Shown here: positions 28,787 through 37,947 of the stretch, piece after piece
Numbering within the stretch: position 1 is the stretch's first letter
How the letters are laid out: the number at the start of each line of letters is the position of its first letter
Position numbers and translations under genes: made by a program
The notes under the pieces: model-generated
What the model saw: only the letters and a program-made list of their open reading frames with translations
Database searches by the model: none
What the model was told of the DNA's origin: nothing
Assembly (NCBI GenBank): GCA_964581355.1
Contig: CAZOOA010000005.1
Location: forward strand, 11,487 to 75,486
DNA length: 64,000 nt
Direction: 5' to 3'
Source: an uncultured Desulfovibrionaceae bacterium
GTDB taxonomy: Bacteria > Bacillota > Dethiobacteria > DTU022 > UBA8154

Positions 28787-29899
28787 GTGGGAGTGGTCTC
28801 ATTGCAAAAACCGTTGGATTTTCTATATGGAACCGTGACAGGGATCGGGAGCATGCCCGATGAAGATGCCAGTTCAGCCCTGGAATTAATCAAAAATACC
28901 ATCAGTGTAGGACCTCACTGGCCCCAGCTTCCCAAGCGTGGGCGCCAGGAGAGCTTTATCCGGCAGTATCTTACTCCCCTGGTTCGCCTGGGGCTTATTG
29001 ACATCGAATCAGGAGACTCCCCGGTCTTTCAGGACGATTCCGGGGATTGGCTGGAAAACATGGAACAATTTTACCAATACTTTTTGAATTTTGAAGAAGG
29101 GGGAAACTTGAAAGAAGAGGCTCTTTCTTTTTTTGCTTTCCCAAAAGAAGCAGCATCGGGTTTCCACCTGTTTCTGCAGCAGGAATGGGAAAAAATGTCG
29201 CCTGTGCCATCCTTCGTTAAAGGGCACATCAGCGGTCCGTTGACAGTGGGTCTGCAGTTGTTTGCCCATGATCAGTCAACCTCTTTTTACCGGGAAGACC
29301 TGCGGGACATCTTGACAAAAACTCTCTCCTTGATTGCCGCGTACCAGGTCCGGGAAATGAAGAAATCTTCAGTGCCTGTACTCATTTTTATCGACGAGCC
29401 GGGCCTGTTGACTTTTGGCCAATCGACGTATGTTTCTTTATCCCGTGATGATATCTCTGCAAGCTTACGCCAGGTAGTCGACGGAATAACCAGGGCTGGC
29501 GGTTATGCCGGGACACATTGCTGTTCCGGTGTGGACTGGTCTATTTTATTTGAACTGCCGCTGCAGGTGGTCAACTTCGATGCGTACGGCTTTTTTGATT
29601 CAATGCTGGTTTATACCCGGGAGCTGGATAGATTCCTGGCCAATGGGGGATGCTTATCCTGGGGTATTGTCCCCACCACTGAAGATGTGGAAAAAGAAGA
29701 TGTGAACTCCTTGAAAGCAAGATTCTTTGAAGGAGTCGAACGCCTTAGCAGTCAAGGGGTGAACAAAGAACGGCTGTTAAAGCAATATATGATTACTCCC
29801 AGCTGCGGCGCCGGCACATTAACCAGGGAACAAACAGAAAATGTATACCAGTTAACCGGCCAATTAAACCAGGCCATCAAAGCAGAATTACCCGGTTAA
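28787..29899 (+). CDS. cobalamin-independent methionine synthase (MetE C-terminal / Meth_synt_2, URO-D-like) family protein
   Basis: IFIDEPGL and a zinc-ligand pattern H-C-C (GTHCCSG) ... PSCGAG resembling the MetE His/Cys/Glu/Cys site. The start codon is uncertain (GTG at 28787 or TTG at 28802). Confidence 0.55.
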   Translation: MGVVSLQKPLDFLYGTVTGIGSMPDEDASSALELIKNTISVGPHWPQLPKRGRQESFIRQYLTPLVRLGLIDIESGDSPVFQDDSGDWLENMEQFYQYFLNFEEGGNLKEEALSFFAFPKEAASGFHLFLQQEWEKMSPVPSFVKGHISGPLTVGLQLFAHDQSTSFYREDLRDILTKTLSLIAAYQVREMKKSSVPVLIFIDEPGLLTFGQSTYVSLSRDDISASLRQVVDGITRAGGYAGTHCCSGVDWSILFELPLQVVNFDAYGFFDSMLVYTRELDRFLANGGCLSWGIVPTTEDVEKEDVNSLKARFFEGVERLSSQGVNKERLLKQYMITPSCGAGTLTREQTENVYQLTGQLNQAIKAELPG

Positions 29900-29921
29900 A
29901 TCAGTTTAAGAACGGTTCGTT

Positions 29922-29943
29922 TTAAGCGAAGCTTTGAGGACGG
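29922..29943. repeat. short fragment resembling the MITE left-inner segment (TTAAGCGAAGCTTTGAGGACGG vs GTAAGCGAAGTTGAGGGGACGG)
   Basis: Ungapped identity is only ~13/22 (the first 10 nt match). About 18/22 requires a 1-nt gap on each side. Read by eye. Confidence 0.25.
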
Positions 29944-29968
29944 AAGACGTTAAAGGGAGGTTTACCAG

Positions 29969-31018
29969 TTGGGATTGCGTTCACTGCTTAAGGAAATAAC
30001 CCAGAAAGACGGGGTGTCAGGATTTGAACAGGAGCTGGCAAAAACAATAAGCCAGCATTTTGCCTCCCTGGTGGATGATACCAGGACAGATAACCTGGGG
30101 AACTTGATCATGTTGAAAAAAGGCAGCAAAGGCTTTCCCCGGGTGATTTTATGTGCTCATATGGATGAAATCGGATTAATTGTAACCAAAATGGAAAAAG
30201 GCGGTTTTTTACGTTTTACTTCGCTTGGTGGTTTTGATGTCCGTACTCTGCCCGGCCAGAAAGTTACTGTTTATGGCCGGGAAACCTTTGAAGGTATCAT
30301 CGGCTTTAACCCGCCTCACCTGCAAACAAGCCAGGAAAGAAACAAAAGTCCCCAAATGGACACCCTGTTTATTGATACCGGTTTGCCCGAGGAAGAGGTG
30401 GAAAAGTCCATTCCAATAGGCTCTGTGGCGGCAATACAACGGAGCTTTTTAGATCTCATGCATCAGACAAGTGCCGGGAAGGCATTCGACGACCGTGCCG
30501 GCGTGGCTGTGCTCTGGCAATGTGCCGGGGAATTGAACAAGCTCGTCCACGAGGCGGATGTCTATCTCGTTGCCACAGTCCAGGAAGAAGTGGGCGTGCG
30601 GGGGGCTGTTGTTTCTGCTTATGGCCTCTCCCCGGACCTGGGAGTCGCTGTAGATGTCTGCCACGGCAGTATTCCCGGGGCCAAGGAACACGAAGCTTCC
30701 GAGCTGGGAAAAGGTCCCGTGGTCACCGCCGGTCCCAATATCCACCCGGGTATTGCCGAGAGGCTGGCAGCAGTAGCCAAAGATTATCATCTCCCCTGCC
30801 AAAGGGATGTTTCCCCCGGACCTACGGGAACTGATGCCCGGGCTATCCAGGTCAGTATGGAGGGAATCCCTACCGGTCTGCTGTCCATTCCCCTGCGCTA
30901 TATGCATACTTCGGTGGAGTTGGTCGACCTGGATGATGTAAAGTTGAGCGGAAGGCTTCTGGCTTATTTCACGGCCGGGCTGGATCAAACGATGGTGGAG
31001 GAACTGTCATGCTTATAA
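29969..31018 (+). CDS. M42-family (TET/FrvX-like) aminopeptidase, paralog 1
   Basis: CAHMDEIGLIV, DDRAGVAVL and a C-terminal metal-binding block. TTG start after a GGGAGG RBS. Confidence 0.85.
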   Translation: MGLRSLLKEITQKDGVSGFEQELAKTISQHFASLVDDTRTDNLGNLIMLKKGSKGFPRVILCAHMDEIGLIVTKMEKGGFLRFTSLGGFDVRTLPGQKVTVYGRETFEGIIGFNPPHLQTSQERNKSPQMDTLFIDTGLPEEEVEKSIPIGSVAAIQRSFLDLMHQTSAGKAFDDRAGVAVLWQCAGELNKLVHEADVYLVATVQEEVGVRGAVVSAYGLSPDLGVAVDVCHGSIPGAKEHEASELGKGPVVTAGPNIHPGIAERLAAVAKDYHLPCQRDVSPGPTGTDARAIQVSMEGIPTGLLSIPLRYMHTSVELVDLDDVKLSGRLLAYFTAGLDQTMVEELSCL

Positions 31019-32043
31019 AAGAGTTGTCTGACCTTCCCGGTGTCTCCGGGGACGAAAAAAAAGTCCGAGACTATATCCGGGAGCAGTTGGAACAAGAGAA
31101 AATAGAGCACTTTACCGATTCCATGGGCAACCTGTACGCTGTAAAAAAAGGCAGAAAAAACAGCGGAAGAGAACATCAAATCATGCTGACCGCCCACATG
31201 GATGAAGTGGGATTGATGCTCGCTTCGGTGGAAAAAAGTGGTCACCTGCGGTTTTATACCGTGGGAGGCATCAATGAATGGTCTCTGGTCTCCAGGCCAG
31301 TAATAATTGGCAGGGATGAAGTGCCCGGTGTCATCGGGGCCAAGGCTGTGCACCTGCAGAAACCCGAAGAGCGCCGGAAGGCCCTGCAGGTGGACCAGCT
31401 GTATATTGATATCGGTGCCCGGAGTAAAGAGGATGCAGAGAAAAAAGTCAAAGTGGGTGATTATGTTTCCTTTGATGTGCAGGCAGGCAGCATGGCCCAG
31501 GGCCGAATGATTTCCGGTAAAGCCCTGGACAACAGGGCCGGCTGCGCAGCGCTGCTGGAGTTGCTGCAAAAAGAATATGAACAGGGCTTTACAGCAGTCT
31601 TTACCGTGCAGGAAGAGGTGGGGTTAAGGGGGGCCAGGGTGGCCGCCTACCGGGTAAACCCGGAGATTGCCCTGGTGCTGGAAACTACAACAGCTTCCGA
31701 CCTGCCTGAGCTTAAGGAAAAAGACTTTGCCACGACAATGGGTAAAGGCCCCGCTTTTACTATCCGGGACGGCTCGGTAGTCTCCCATCCCCGGGTTCTG
31801 GAGCGGCTCATCCAGACAGCAGAGGAACAAAACCGTCCATACCAGTTTCGGCAGTATACCGGGAGTTTCACCGATGCAGGGATCATCTCGCAGTCCCGTG
31901 CCGGGGTAAAAGCCGGGGTGATCTCAACACCGTGCCGTTATATTCACACATCCGCTTCACTCCTGGACAAAAAAGACTGGGAGCATCTTGTAGAAATTGC
32001 TGCTGGTTTTGTAGGCTCAGTACATGAAAAGGGGTTGGAATAG
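31009..32043 (+). CDS. M42-family aminopeptidase, paralog 2
   Basis: TAHMDEVGLML and LDNRAGCAALLE. Overlaps the paralog 1 stop. Confidence 0.85.
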   Translation: MLIKELSDLPGVSGDEKKVRDYIREQLEQEKIEHFTDSMGNLYAVKKGRKNSGREHQIMLTAHMDEVGLMLASVEKSGHLRFYTVGGINEWSLVSRPVIIGRDEVPGVIGAKAVHLQKPEERRKALQVDQLYIDIGARSKEDAEKKVKVGDYVSFDVQAGSMAQGRMISGKALDNRAGCAALLELLQKEYEQGFTAVFTVQEEVGLRGARVAAYRVNPEIALVLETTTASDLPELKEKDFATTMGKGPAFTIRDGSVVSHPRVLERLIQTAEEQNRPYQFRQYTGSFTDAGIISQSRAGVKAGVISTPCRYIHTSASLLDKKDWEHLVEIAAGFVGSVHEKGLE

Positions 32044-32045
32044 TG

Positions 32046-33038
32046 ATGAAGGAATTAATAGAAACATTAACAGGCACTTTTGGGCCTGCTGGCGCTGAAA
32101 ATACGATAAGTTCGGTGATCCTGGAAGAAATCAAGCCCTATGTGGACGATTATTTTACCGACAACCTGGGCAACCTGGTTGCTTCCAAAGGTGATCCGGG
32201 CCAGGCAAAGCTCCTGGTCGCCGCGCATATGGATGAGATCGGGCTGATGGTTACTTATATCGAAGAAAAGGGTTTTTTACGTTTTACCGGGATCGGCGGG
32301 ATCAGGAACGAGCTGCTCCTGGGCAGCAGGTTGGTATTTGAAAACGGGACAACCGGTGTGATCGGCTTGGAGAAGTTAAAAGAAAAAAAAGACCCGGAAC
32401 TAAGCGATTACTACCTGGACATCGGGGCAAAAAATGCGGATGAAGCCAAAGAACGGGTCAAAATAGGCGATACAGCCTGTTTTCTGGCTCCTTTCGCCCT
32501 GCAAAACCGTCGTGTGATGGCAAAATCCCTGGACAACAGGGCTGGTTGTGCCGTATTGATCGAAACGATAAAAAATCTCCCCCGGGAACTCCCCATAGGC
32601 GTATATTTCGTTTTTACCGTGCAGGAAGAGTTGGGGTTAAGAGGAGCGAGGCCTGTATCCTACAGGCTTAAGCCAAACTATGGTCTGGCTGTTGATGTTA
32701 CCCGGGTGGGCGACACACCGGAACCGGAATATAAAATGAATCTAGCCCTGGGGGAAGGTCCTGCGATTAAGGTCAAAGACTCTTCGGTAATCTGCCACCC
32801 CTTGATTATTGAGAAAATGACAACGGCAGCGGTAAACAATCGTATTCCTTACCAGTTTGAAGTCCTGGAGAGAGGGGGTACTGATGCCGGGGCCATCCAT
32901 CTTTCCAGGGAAGGCGTTCCTTCGGGGGTGCTTTCGATCCCCTGCCGCTATATCCACAGTCCTTCCGAAATGGTTGACCTGGATGACATGGAGCATGCAG
33001 TCTCCCTGCTAAGCGCTCTCTTGCAGGAATCCTGGTAA
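32046..33038 (+). CDS. M42-family aminopeptidase, paralog 3
   Basis: AAHMDEIGLMV and LDNRAGCAVLIE. Its ATG is adjacent to the paralog 2 stop. Confidence 0.85.
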   Translation: MKELIETLTGTFGPAGAENTISSVILEEIKPYVDDYFTDNLGNLVASKGDPGQAKLLVAAHMDEIGLMVTYIEEKGFLRFTGIGGIRNELLLGSRLVFENGTTGVIGLEKLKEKKDPELSDYYLDIGAKNADEAKERVKIGDTACFLAPFALQNRRVMAKSLDNRAGCAVLIETIKNLPRELPIGVYFVFTVQEELGLRGARPVSYRLKPNYGLAVDVTRVGDTPEPEYKMNLALGEGPAIKVKDSSVICHPLIIEKMTTAAVNNRIPYQFEVLERGGTDAGAIHLSREGVPSGVLSIPCRYIHSPSEMVDLDDMEHAVSLLSALLQESW

Positions 33039-33103
33039 CCCCAAAGAACCAGTGGCTTTTGAACCTGGAACTTTGAAGCAAGGTGCGTTCGACTGAACCA
33101 TTC

Positions 33104-33133
33104 TTTGCTGCTTCCAGCTGGAAGCAGCAAAGG
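33104..33133. repeat. perfect 30-bp palindrome CTTTGCTGCTTCCAG|CTGGAAGCAGCAAAG
   Basis: 15+15 bp with no spacer, seen directly. No flanking U-tract, so it is a binding site or a Rho-independent-like hairpin of unclear role. Confidence 0.5.
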
Positions 33134-33189
33134 AAGTAAAGGTAGCAATGAATACCCGAGTGTAATCCCATGTTTTTGCTCCATATTTC

Positions 33190-33218
33190 TTGCATTACCT
33201 TTTGGATCATGGTAAAAT
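33190..33218 (+). promoter_or_regulatory. candidate sigma-A promoter (-35 TTGCAT, 17-bp spacer, TG-extended -10 TGGTAAAAT) giving a ~200-nt leader before the pan operon
   Basis: Motifs read directly from the sequence. Confidence 0.35.
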
Positions 33219-33420
33219 GGCGTGGGCGGGGACACGAACCTGCACCAGAAGCCATTAGTTTTGTTTGTATCTGCCTTCAATGAACAAACTAGTTTTAACT
33301 TAAGTGATTGCTCTGCCTGGAGCCGTCAAAGGACCGGGACAGCAGGTACATCAGCTAAGGATTTTTATGTGCCTTCCTGTTTTCCTGGAAGGCATAATTT
33401 ATTTTAAGGCCTGGTGAGCG

Positions 33421-34299
33421 ATGAAAAAAATTGCCGTAATCGGTGCAGGAAACGTGGGAACCGTGTTGGGGCTGGCCCTGTTTAATAAGGGCTACACCCT
33501 TGTTGGTGCAGTGACTAAGTCCTCGGAAGGTCGTGCTGAAGCTGCTAAACAGCTGCAGTGCCCGGTTTATTCCCAGCCCCACCAAGCTTCCAGAGAAGCG
33601 GAGATTGTTTTTATTACCACCCCGGACCGGGTTATCGAAGACGTGTGTCAGCAGATGGCCCGTGAAGGAGGTTTTTACAAAGGGCAGATTGTCATACACT
33701 GCAGCGGTGCCCATAGCTCTGAGATCCTGCAATCCTCCCGGAAAGCCGGGGCATGGGCCTTATCCATGCATCCCTTGCAAACCTTTCCAGGGACGGAAGC
33801 CGGACTGCGAGCTCTTCCGGGCACCTTTTTTGCTGTAGAAGGAGATACTGGCGCTTTGCCAACTGCCGGGGATTTGGTTAATGCCTTGGGGGGTGAAATG
33901 CTGCCCATCTCCACAGAAATGAAGACTCTTTACCATGCTGCAGCATGTGTTGCCTGCAACTACTTGACCTCCCTCCTGGATGGAGCACTGCGTATGTACG
34001 AACAGGCTGGCGTATCCAGGGAGCAGGCTGTAAAAGCTCTTTATCCCCTGATCTCCAGGACCCTGGAAAACATCAAAGAAGCAGGTCCCGAACAGGCTTT
34101 AACGGGCCCCATCGCCCGGGGGGATACAACAACGGTAAAAGCTCATGTGGAAGAGTTGCAGCGCTTCCTCCCAGAGCTTCTCCCATTTTATCAAATCATG
34201 GGTCAGCAAACAGTGGGGCTGGCTTTGCGTAAAGGAACGCTGACGGAAACACAGGCAGAAAACATAAATTATTACTTAAAACAAGGAGGAACCGATTAA
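33421..34299 (+). CDS. Rossmann-fold DUF2520-family oxidoreductase; putative ketopantoate reductase leading the pan operon
   Basis: KIAVIGAGNVG NAD(P)-binding motif. Immediately precedes panB-panC-panD. No panE is present in the window. Confidence 0.65.
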   Translation: MKKIAVIGAGNVGTVLGLALFNKGYTLVGAVTKSSEGRAEAAKQLQCPVYSQPHQASREAEIVFITTPDRVIEDVCQQMAREGGFYKGQIVIHCSGAHSSEILQSSRKAGAWALSMHPLQTFPGTEAGLRALPGTFFAVEGDTGALPTAGDLVNALGGEMLPISTEMKTLYHAAACVACNYLTSLLDGALRMYEQAGVSREQAVKALYPLISRTLENIKEAGPEQALTGPIARGDTTTVKAHVEELQRFLPELLPFYQIMGQQTVGLALRKGTLTETQAENINYYLKQGGTD

Positions 34300-34300
34300 C

Positions 34301-35143
34301 ATGGCCGGTCGCTACTCGATTGTTGATTTTCGCGAGATGAAAAAGGAAAAGAAACAGATCTCCATGCTGACAGCATATGACTTTCCAACAGCCCAACTTC
34401 TTGATGAAGCAGGCGTGGAAATGATTCTTGTTGGAGATTCACTGGGTATGGTGGTTCTGGGATATGAAGACACTCTTTCTGTAACTTTGACTGATATGAT
34501 CCACCACGGTAAAGCGGTGGTTCGCGGGAGTAAGCAGGCTTTTGTGGTGGTGGATATGCCTTTTTTAACCTACCATATAAACTCGGAAGATGCCCTGCGC
34601 AATGCCGGGAAATTAATCCAGGAAACAGGGGCTCAGGGGGTTAAATTGGAAGGCGGACAGGAAATTATCGCTGCGGTTCGTGCCATAACGGGTGCAGGAA
34701 TACCTGTTATGGGTCATTTGGGGCTGACTCCTCAATCTGCCGGTCAACTCGGAGGCTTCAAGGTCCAGGGTAAAGATCCCCAGGTAGCCAGGAAAATGGT
34801 TGAGGATGCTGAGGCCCTGGAGGAAGCAGGAGCTTTTTCCCTGGTGCTGGAATGTGTCCCCTGGCAGTTGGCCCAGGCAATTACTCAGCGGGTTTCTATT
34901 CCTGTTATCGGTATCGGAGCAGGGAAAAACTGCGATGGACAGGTACTGGTTTATCATGACGTAATGGGTCTTTTTACTGGTAAGCGTCCCAAGTTTGTCA
35001 AACAATACGTAGATGCACGGAGCGAGATGCTCAAAGGGGTAAAGAGGTACTTAAAGGAAGTCCAGGAAGGCTCTTTTCCCGAAGAAAAGCACACCTTTTC
35101 CATGTCCGAATCGGTCCTGGAAGAAGCATTAAAAGAAGGCTAG
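34301..35143 (+). CDS. panB: 3-methyl-2-oxobutanoate hydroxymethyltransferase
   Basis: ISMLTAYDFPTAQLLDEAGVEMILVGDSLGMVVLGYEDT is canonical PanB. Confidence 0.95.
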   Translation: MAGRYSIVDFREMKKEKKQISMLTAYDFPTAQLLDEAGVEMILVGDSLGMVVLGYEDTLSVTLTDMIHHGKAVVRGSKQAFVVVDMPFLTYHINSEDALRNAGKLIQETGAQGVKLEGGQEIIAAVRAITGAGIPVMGHLGLTPQSAGQLGGFKVQGKDPQVARKMVEDAEALEEAGAFSLVLECVPWQLAQAITQRVSIPVIGIGAGKNCDGQVLVYHDVMGLFTGKRPKFVKQYVDARSEMLKGVKRYLKEVQEGSFPEEKHTFSMSESVLEEALKEG

Positions 35144-35164
35144 AAAGAAGGCTAGGAGGTTGCC

Positions 35165-36010
35165 ATGCAGGTCGTTGAGAAAATCCAGGATCTGAAACAT
35201 ATAATAAATCAGCTCCGGCAAGAGGGGCAAAGTATTGGCTTCGTCCCTACAATGGGCTTTTTGCATGAGGGCCATCTTTCCCTGGTGCGTGCGGCTCGCC
35301 GGGAAAATGACTTTGTAGTGGTCAGTATTTTTGTAAATCCCATCCAGTTTGGTGCAGGGGAGGATTATGAAGATTATCCCCGTGACCTGGAAAGGGATCA
35401 GCACCTGGCTTCCCAGGCAGGGTGTGATTTAATTTTTTCTCCCACAGTTACAGAGATGTACCCTGCCGGTTATGCTACTTATGTTGAGGTGGAACAGCTC
35501 ACCGATACTCTTTGCGGCAGTCACAGGCCTGGTCATTTTCGCGGAGTGACCACGGTAGTTGCCAAGCTTTTCAACCTGGTAATGCCCCACCGGGTCTATT
35601 TTGGCCAAAAAGATGCCCAGCAGGCCCTGGTGTTAAATAAAATGGTCCTGGACCTGAATATGGACCTGCAGTTTCAAATCCAGCCTACAGTAAGAGAAGA
35701 AGATGGACTGGCTATGAGCTCAAGAAATAAATACCTGGACCCAAAACAAAGACGTGAGGCTGCAGTTCTTTTTAAAAGCCTGCAGGAAGCGGAGAAGATG
35801 ATTCAGTCTGGAGAAATAAAGGCTGGTAGCGTGAAACATGCTATGGATGAACTGATTCGGGGGGGTAGTGACTCAGAGATCGAGTACGTGGAAATAGTGG
35901 ACATTCAAAGTTTGCGTCCGGTGGAAACAATACAGGGACAATGCCTGGTTGCATTGGCTGTCCGGTTCGGAAAAACCAGGTTAATCGATAACATTATCGT
36001 GGAGGTGTGA
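35165..36010 (+). CDS. panC: pantoate--beta-alanine ligase
   Basis: GFVPTMGFLHEGHLSLV carries the HIGH-type motif of PanC. Confidence 0.95.
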   Translation: MQVVEKIQDLKHIINQLRQEGQSIGFVPTMGFLHEGHLSLVRAARRENDFVVVSIFVNPIQFGAGEDYEDYPRDLERDQHLASQAGCDLIFSPTVTEMYPAGYATYVEVEQLTDTLCGSHRPGHFRGVTTVVAKLFNLVMPHRVYFGQKDAQQALVLNKMVLDLNMDLQFQIQPTVREEDGLAMSSRNKYLDPKQRREAAVLFKSLQEAEKMIQSGEIKAGSVKHAMDELIRGGSDSEIEYVEIVDIQSLRPVETIQGQCLVALAVRFGKTRLIDNIIVEV

Positions 36011-36013
36011 TCT

Positions 36014-36379
36014 TTGTACAGGACGATGTGCAAGTCAAAAATTCACAGGGCAACTGTTACAGACGCTGATTTAAATTACGTGGGCAGCATTACCATCGAC
36101 CAGGAATTGTTGGAACAGGCGGATATAATGCCTTATGAAAAAGTCCAGGTAGTAAACAACAACAACGGAGCCCGCCTGGAAACATATACAATTCCCGGTG
36201 AACGGGGCAAAGGCGATATCTGCTTGAATGGCGCGGCAGCCCGCTTGGTCCAGCCGGGAGATATTGTTATCATCATCAGTTATGCCCAGTATTCCCAGCA
36301 GGAACTGGATACTTATGCGCCTAAAGTTTTGTTCATGGGTGAAAACAACCGGATCGACCGGGTTGCTTCAGAGGGTTAG
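36014..36379 (+). CDS. panD: aspartate 1-decarboxylase
   Basis: TTG start. [29 protein letters not shown] includes the Gly-Ser self-cleavage site. Confidence 0.9.
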   Translation: MYRTMCKSKIHRATVTDADLNYVGSITIDQELLEQADIMPYEKVQVVNNNNGARLETYTIPGERGKGDICLNGAAARLVQPGDIVIIISYAQYSQQELDTYAPKVLFMGENNRIDRVASEG

Positions 36380-36420
36380 CCACAGGGCAGGCATGCCTGG
36401 AAATTTAAGGAATGTTTTTG

Positions 36421-36449
36421 TTTACAGTATTTGTGATTTGTGTTATAAT
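36421..36449 (+). promoter_or_regulatory. candidate sigma-A promoter for kamA (-35 TTTACA, 17 bp, -10 TATAAT)
   Basis: Near-consensus motifs with 17-bp spacing, about 90 nt upstream of the kamA ATG. Confidence 0.5.
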
Positions 36450-36537
36450 AGCCACAATTTTAAACGCTTGGATCCATTATATCCGATCCCAAGTATAGTT
36501 AGGCTCAAACCTATTTTTCGAAGGGAATGTACGCGTT

Positions 36538-37791
36538 ATGAGTAGCGAAATAATTACTGGCGAAGAAGGAAGAAAAATTGCCTTAAAACGTGCGGAAGAG
36601 TTAAAAGACAGTATTGCAGATTACCTGGAATACCGTCAAAACGTCCCTACCGGTTTTTCAGAATGGGATGCTATACAGGAAAGACAGGAGCAGATCAAAA
36701 AATACTTTGGCGCTTCAGAAGAAGATTGGACCGACTGGAAATGGCAGTTAAGAAACCGGATTCACGATGCTGATACACTGAGCAGTTTTTTAAACTTGAG
36801 CGCCCAGGAAAAGGAAGAAATTGAACTGACTGGGAGCAAATACCGCTGGGCTGTTGTCCCTTACTACCTGAGCCTGATTGATCCGGACAATCCCAAAGAC
36901 CCTGTGCGATTGCAGTGTATCCCTACCAGCATGGAATATTATGACCAGTGCGGTGTGATGGATCCCATGGCCGAGGAGTATACCTCACCAGCCCCGGCCA
37001 TAACCAGGAGATATCCGGACCGCCTGATCATCAATGTTACCAATCAGTGTGCCATGTACTGCCGCCACTGCCAGAGGCGAAGAGATATCGGGGAGACGGA
37101 TCATCAAACACCGAAAGACCAGATTGAAGCAGCCCTGGAGTATATCTCCAAAAATGAAGAAATTCGCGATGTTCTGTTAACAGGCGGAGACGCTTTCATG
37201 CTCTCCGATGACACCCTGGACTGGGTCTTAACCGAACTGGACAATATTCCTCACGTGGAAATAAAGCGATTGGGGAGCAGGACACCTGTAACTCTCCCTT
37301 ACCGGATAACCGATGAGTTATGCCAGGTGTTGAGCAGGCACCTGCCTCTGTACGTAAACACTCATTTTAATAATCCGCTGGAGATATCTCCGGCATCCCG
37401 GGATGCCTGTATTGCCCTGGCCAGGGCTGGAGTGGGTCTGGGCAACCAGGCGGTATTGCTCAAGGGAGTGAACAATCACCCGCTGCTGATGCGCAAGCTA
37501 AATCATGAGCTGCTGAAGATCATGGTCCGTCCATATTATATTTTCCATGCCAAAGGCGTTCAGGGGACTACCCATTTCCGCACCAGGGTGGAAGAAGGCA
37601 TTGAAATTATGGAAAAGCTGCGGGGTTACACCTCCGGGCTGGCCATTCCAACTTATATTGTGAATGCTCCCCAGGGATACGGGAAGACCCCAATGCTGCC
37701 CGAATACCTGCTCTCGATGGGTGCCGACAAGCTTGTTATCCGGACCTGGGAGAAGCGGGTGCTGGAATACGAAAACGATGAAGATATTTAG
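36538..37791 (+). CDS. kamA: L-lysine 2,3-aminomutase (radical SAM)
   Basis: CAMYCRHCQRRR radical-SAM CxxxCxxC motif in a KamA-family context. 417 aa. Confidence 0.9.
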   Translation: MSSEIITGEEGRKIALKRAEELKDSIADYLEYRQNVPTGFSEWDAIQERQEQIKKYFGASEEDWTDWKWQLRNRIHDADTLSSFLNLSAQEKEEIELTGSKYRWAVVPYYLSLIDPDNPKDPVRLQCIPTSMEYYDQCGVMDPMAEEYTSPAPAITRRYPDRLIINVTNQCAMYCRHCQRRRDIGETDHQTPKDQIEAALEYISKNEEIRDVLLTGGDAFMLSDDTLDWVLTELDNIPHVEIKRLGSRTPVTLPYRITDELCQVLSRHLPLYVNTHFNNPLEISPASRDACIALARAGVGLGNQAVLLKGVNNHPLLMRKLNHELLKIMVRPYYIFHAKGVQGTTHFRTRVEEGIEIMEKLRGYTSGLAIPTYIVNAPQGYGKTPMLPEYLLSMGADKLVIRTWEKRVLEYENDEDI

Positions 37792-37821
37792 AGTGCACCG
37801 GTAACAGCTAAACAAAAAGAA

Positions 37822-37858
37822 GCCATGAGTTTACAGGGACTCATGGTTTCTACTTATT
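37822..37858 (+). terminator. intrinsic terminator after kamA
   Basis: GCCATGAGT-ttacaggg-ACTCATGGT followed by TTCTACTTATT. Confidence 0.6.
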
Positions 37859-37947
37859 CCAGGATACTTCGAATAACCATGACAGCTATAACTTCTTAGC
37901 AGCTCTGAACAGTTGCAGCAAAAAATAACAGGAAACAAGACAGTGAG

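Noticed and set aside
36383-36400. 12-bp perfect palindrome CAGGCATGCCTG after panD, considered as a terminator.
   Set aside because: Short, no U-tract, and contains a common restriction-site-like core. Insufficient evidence.
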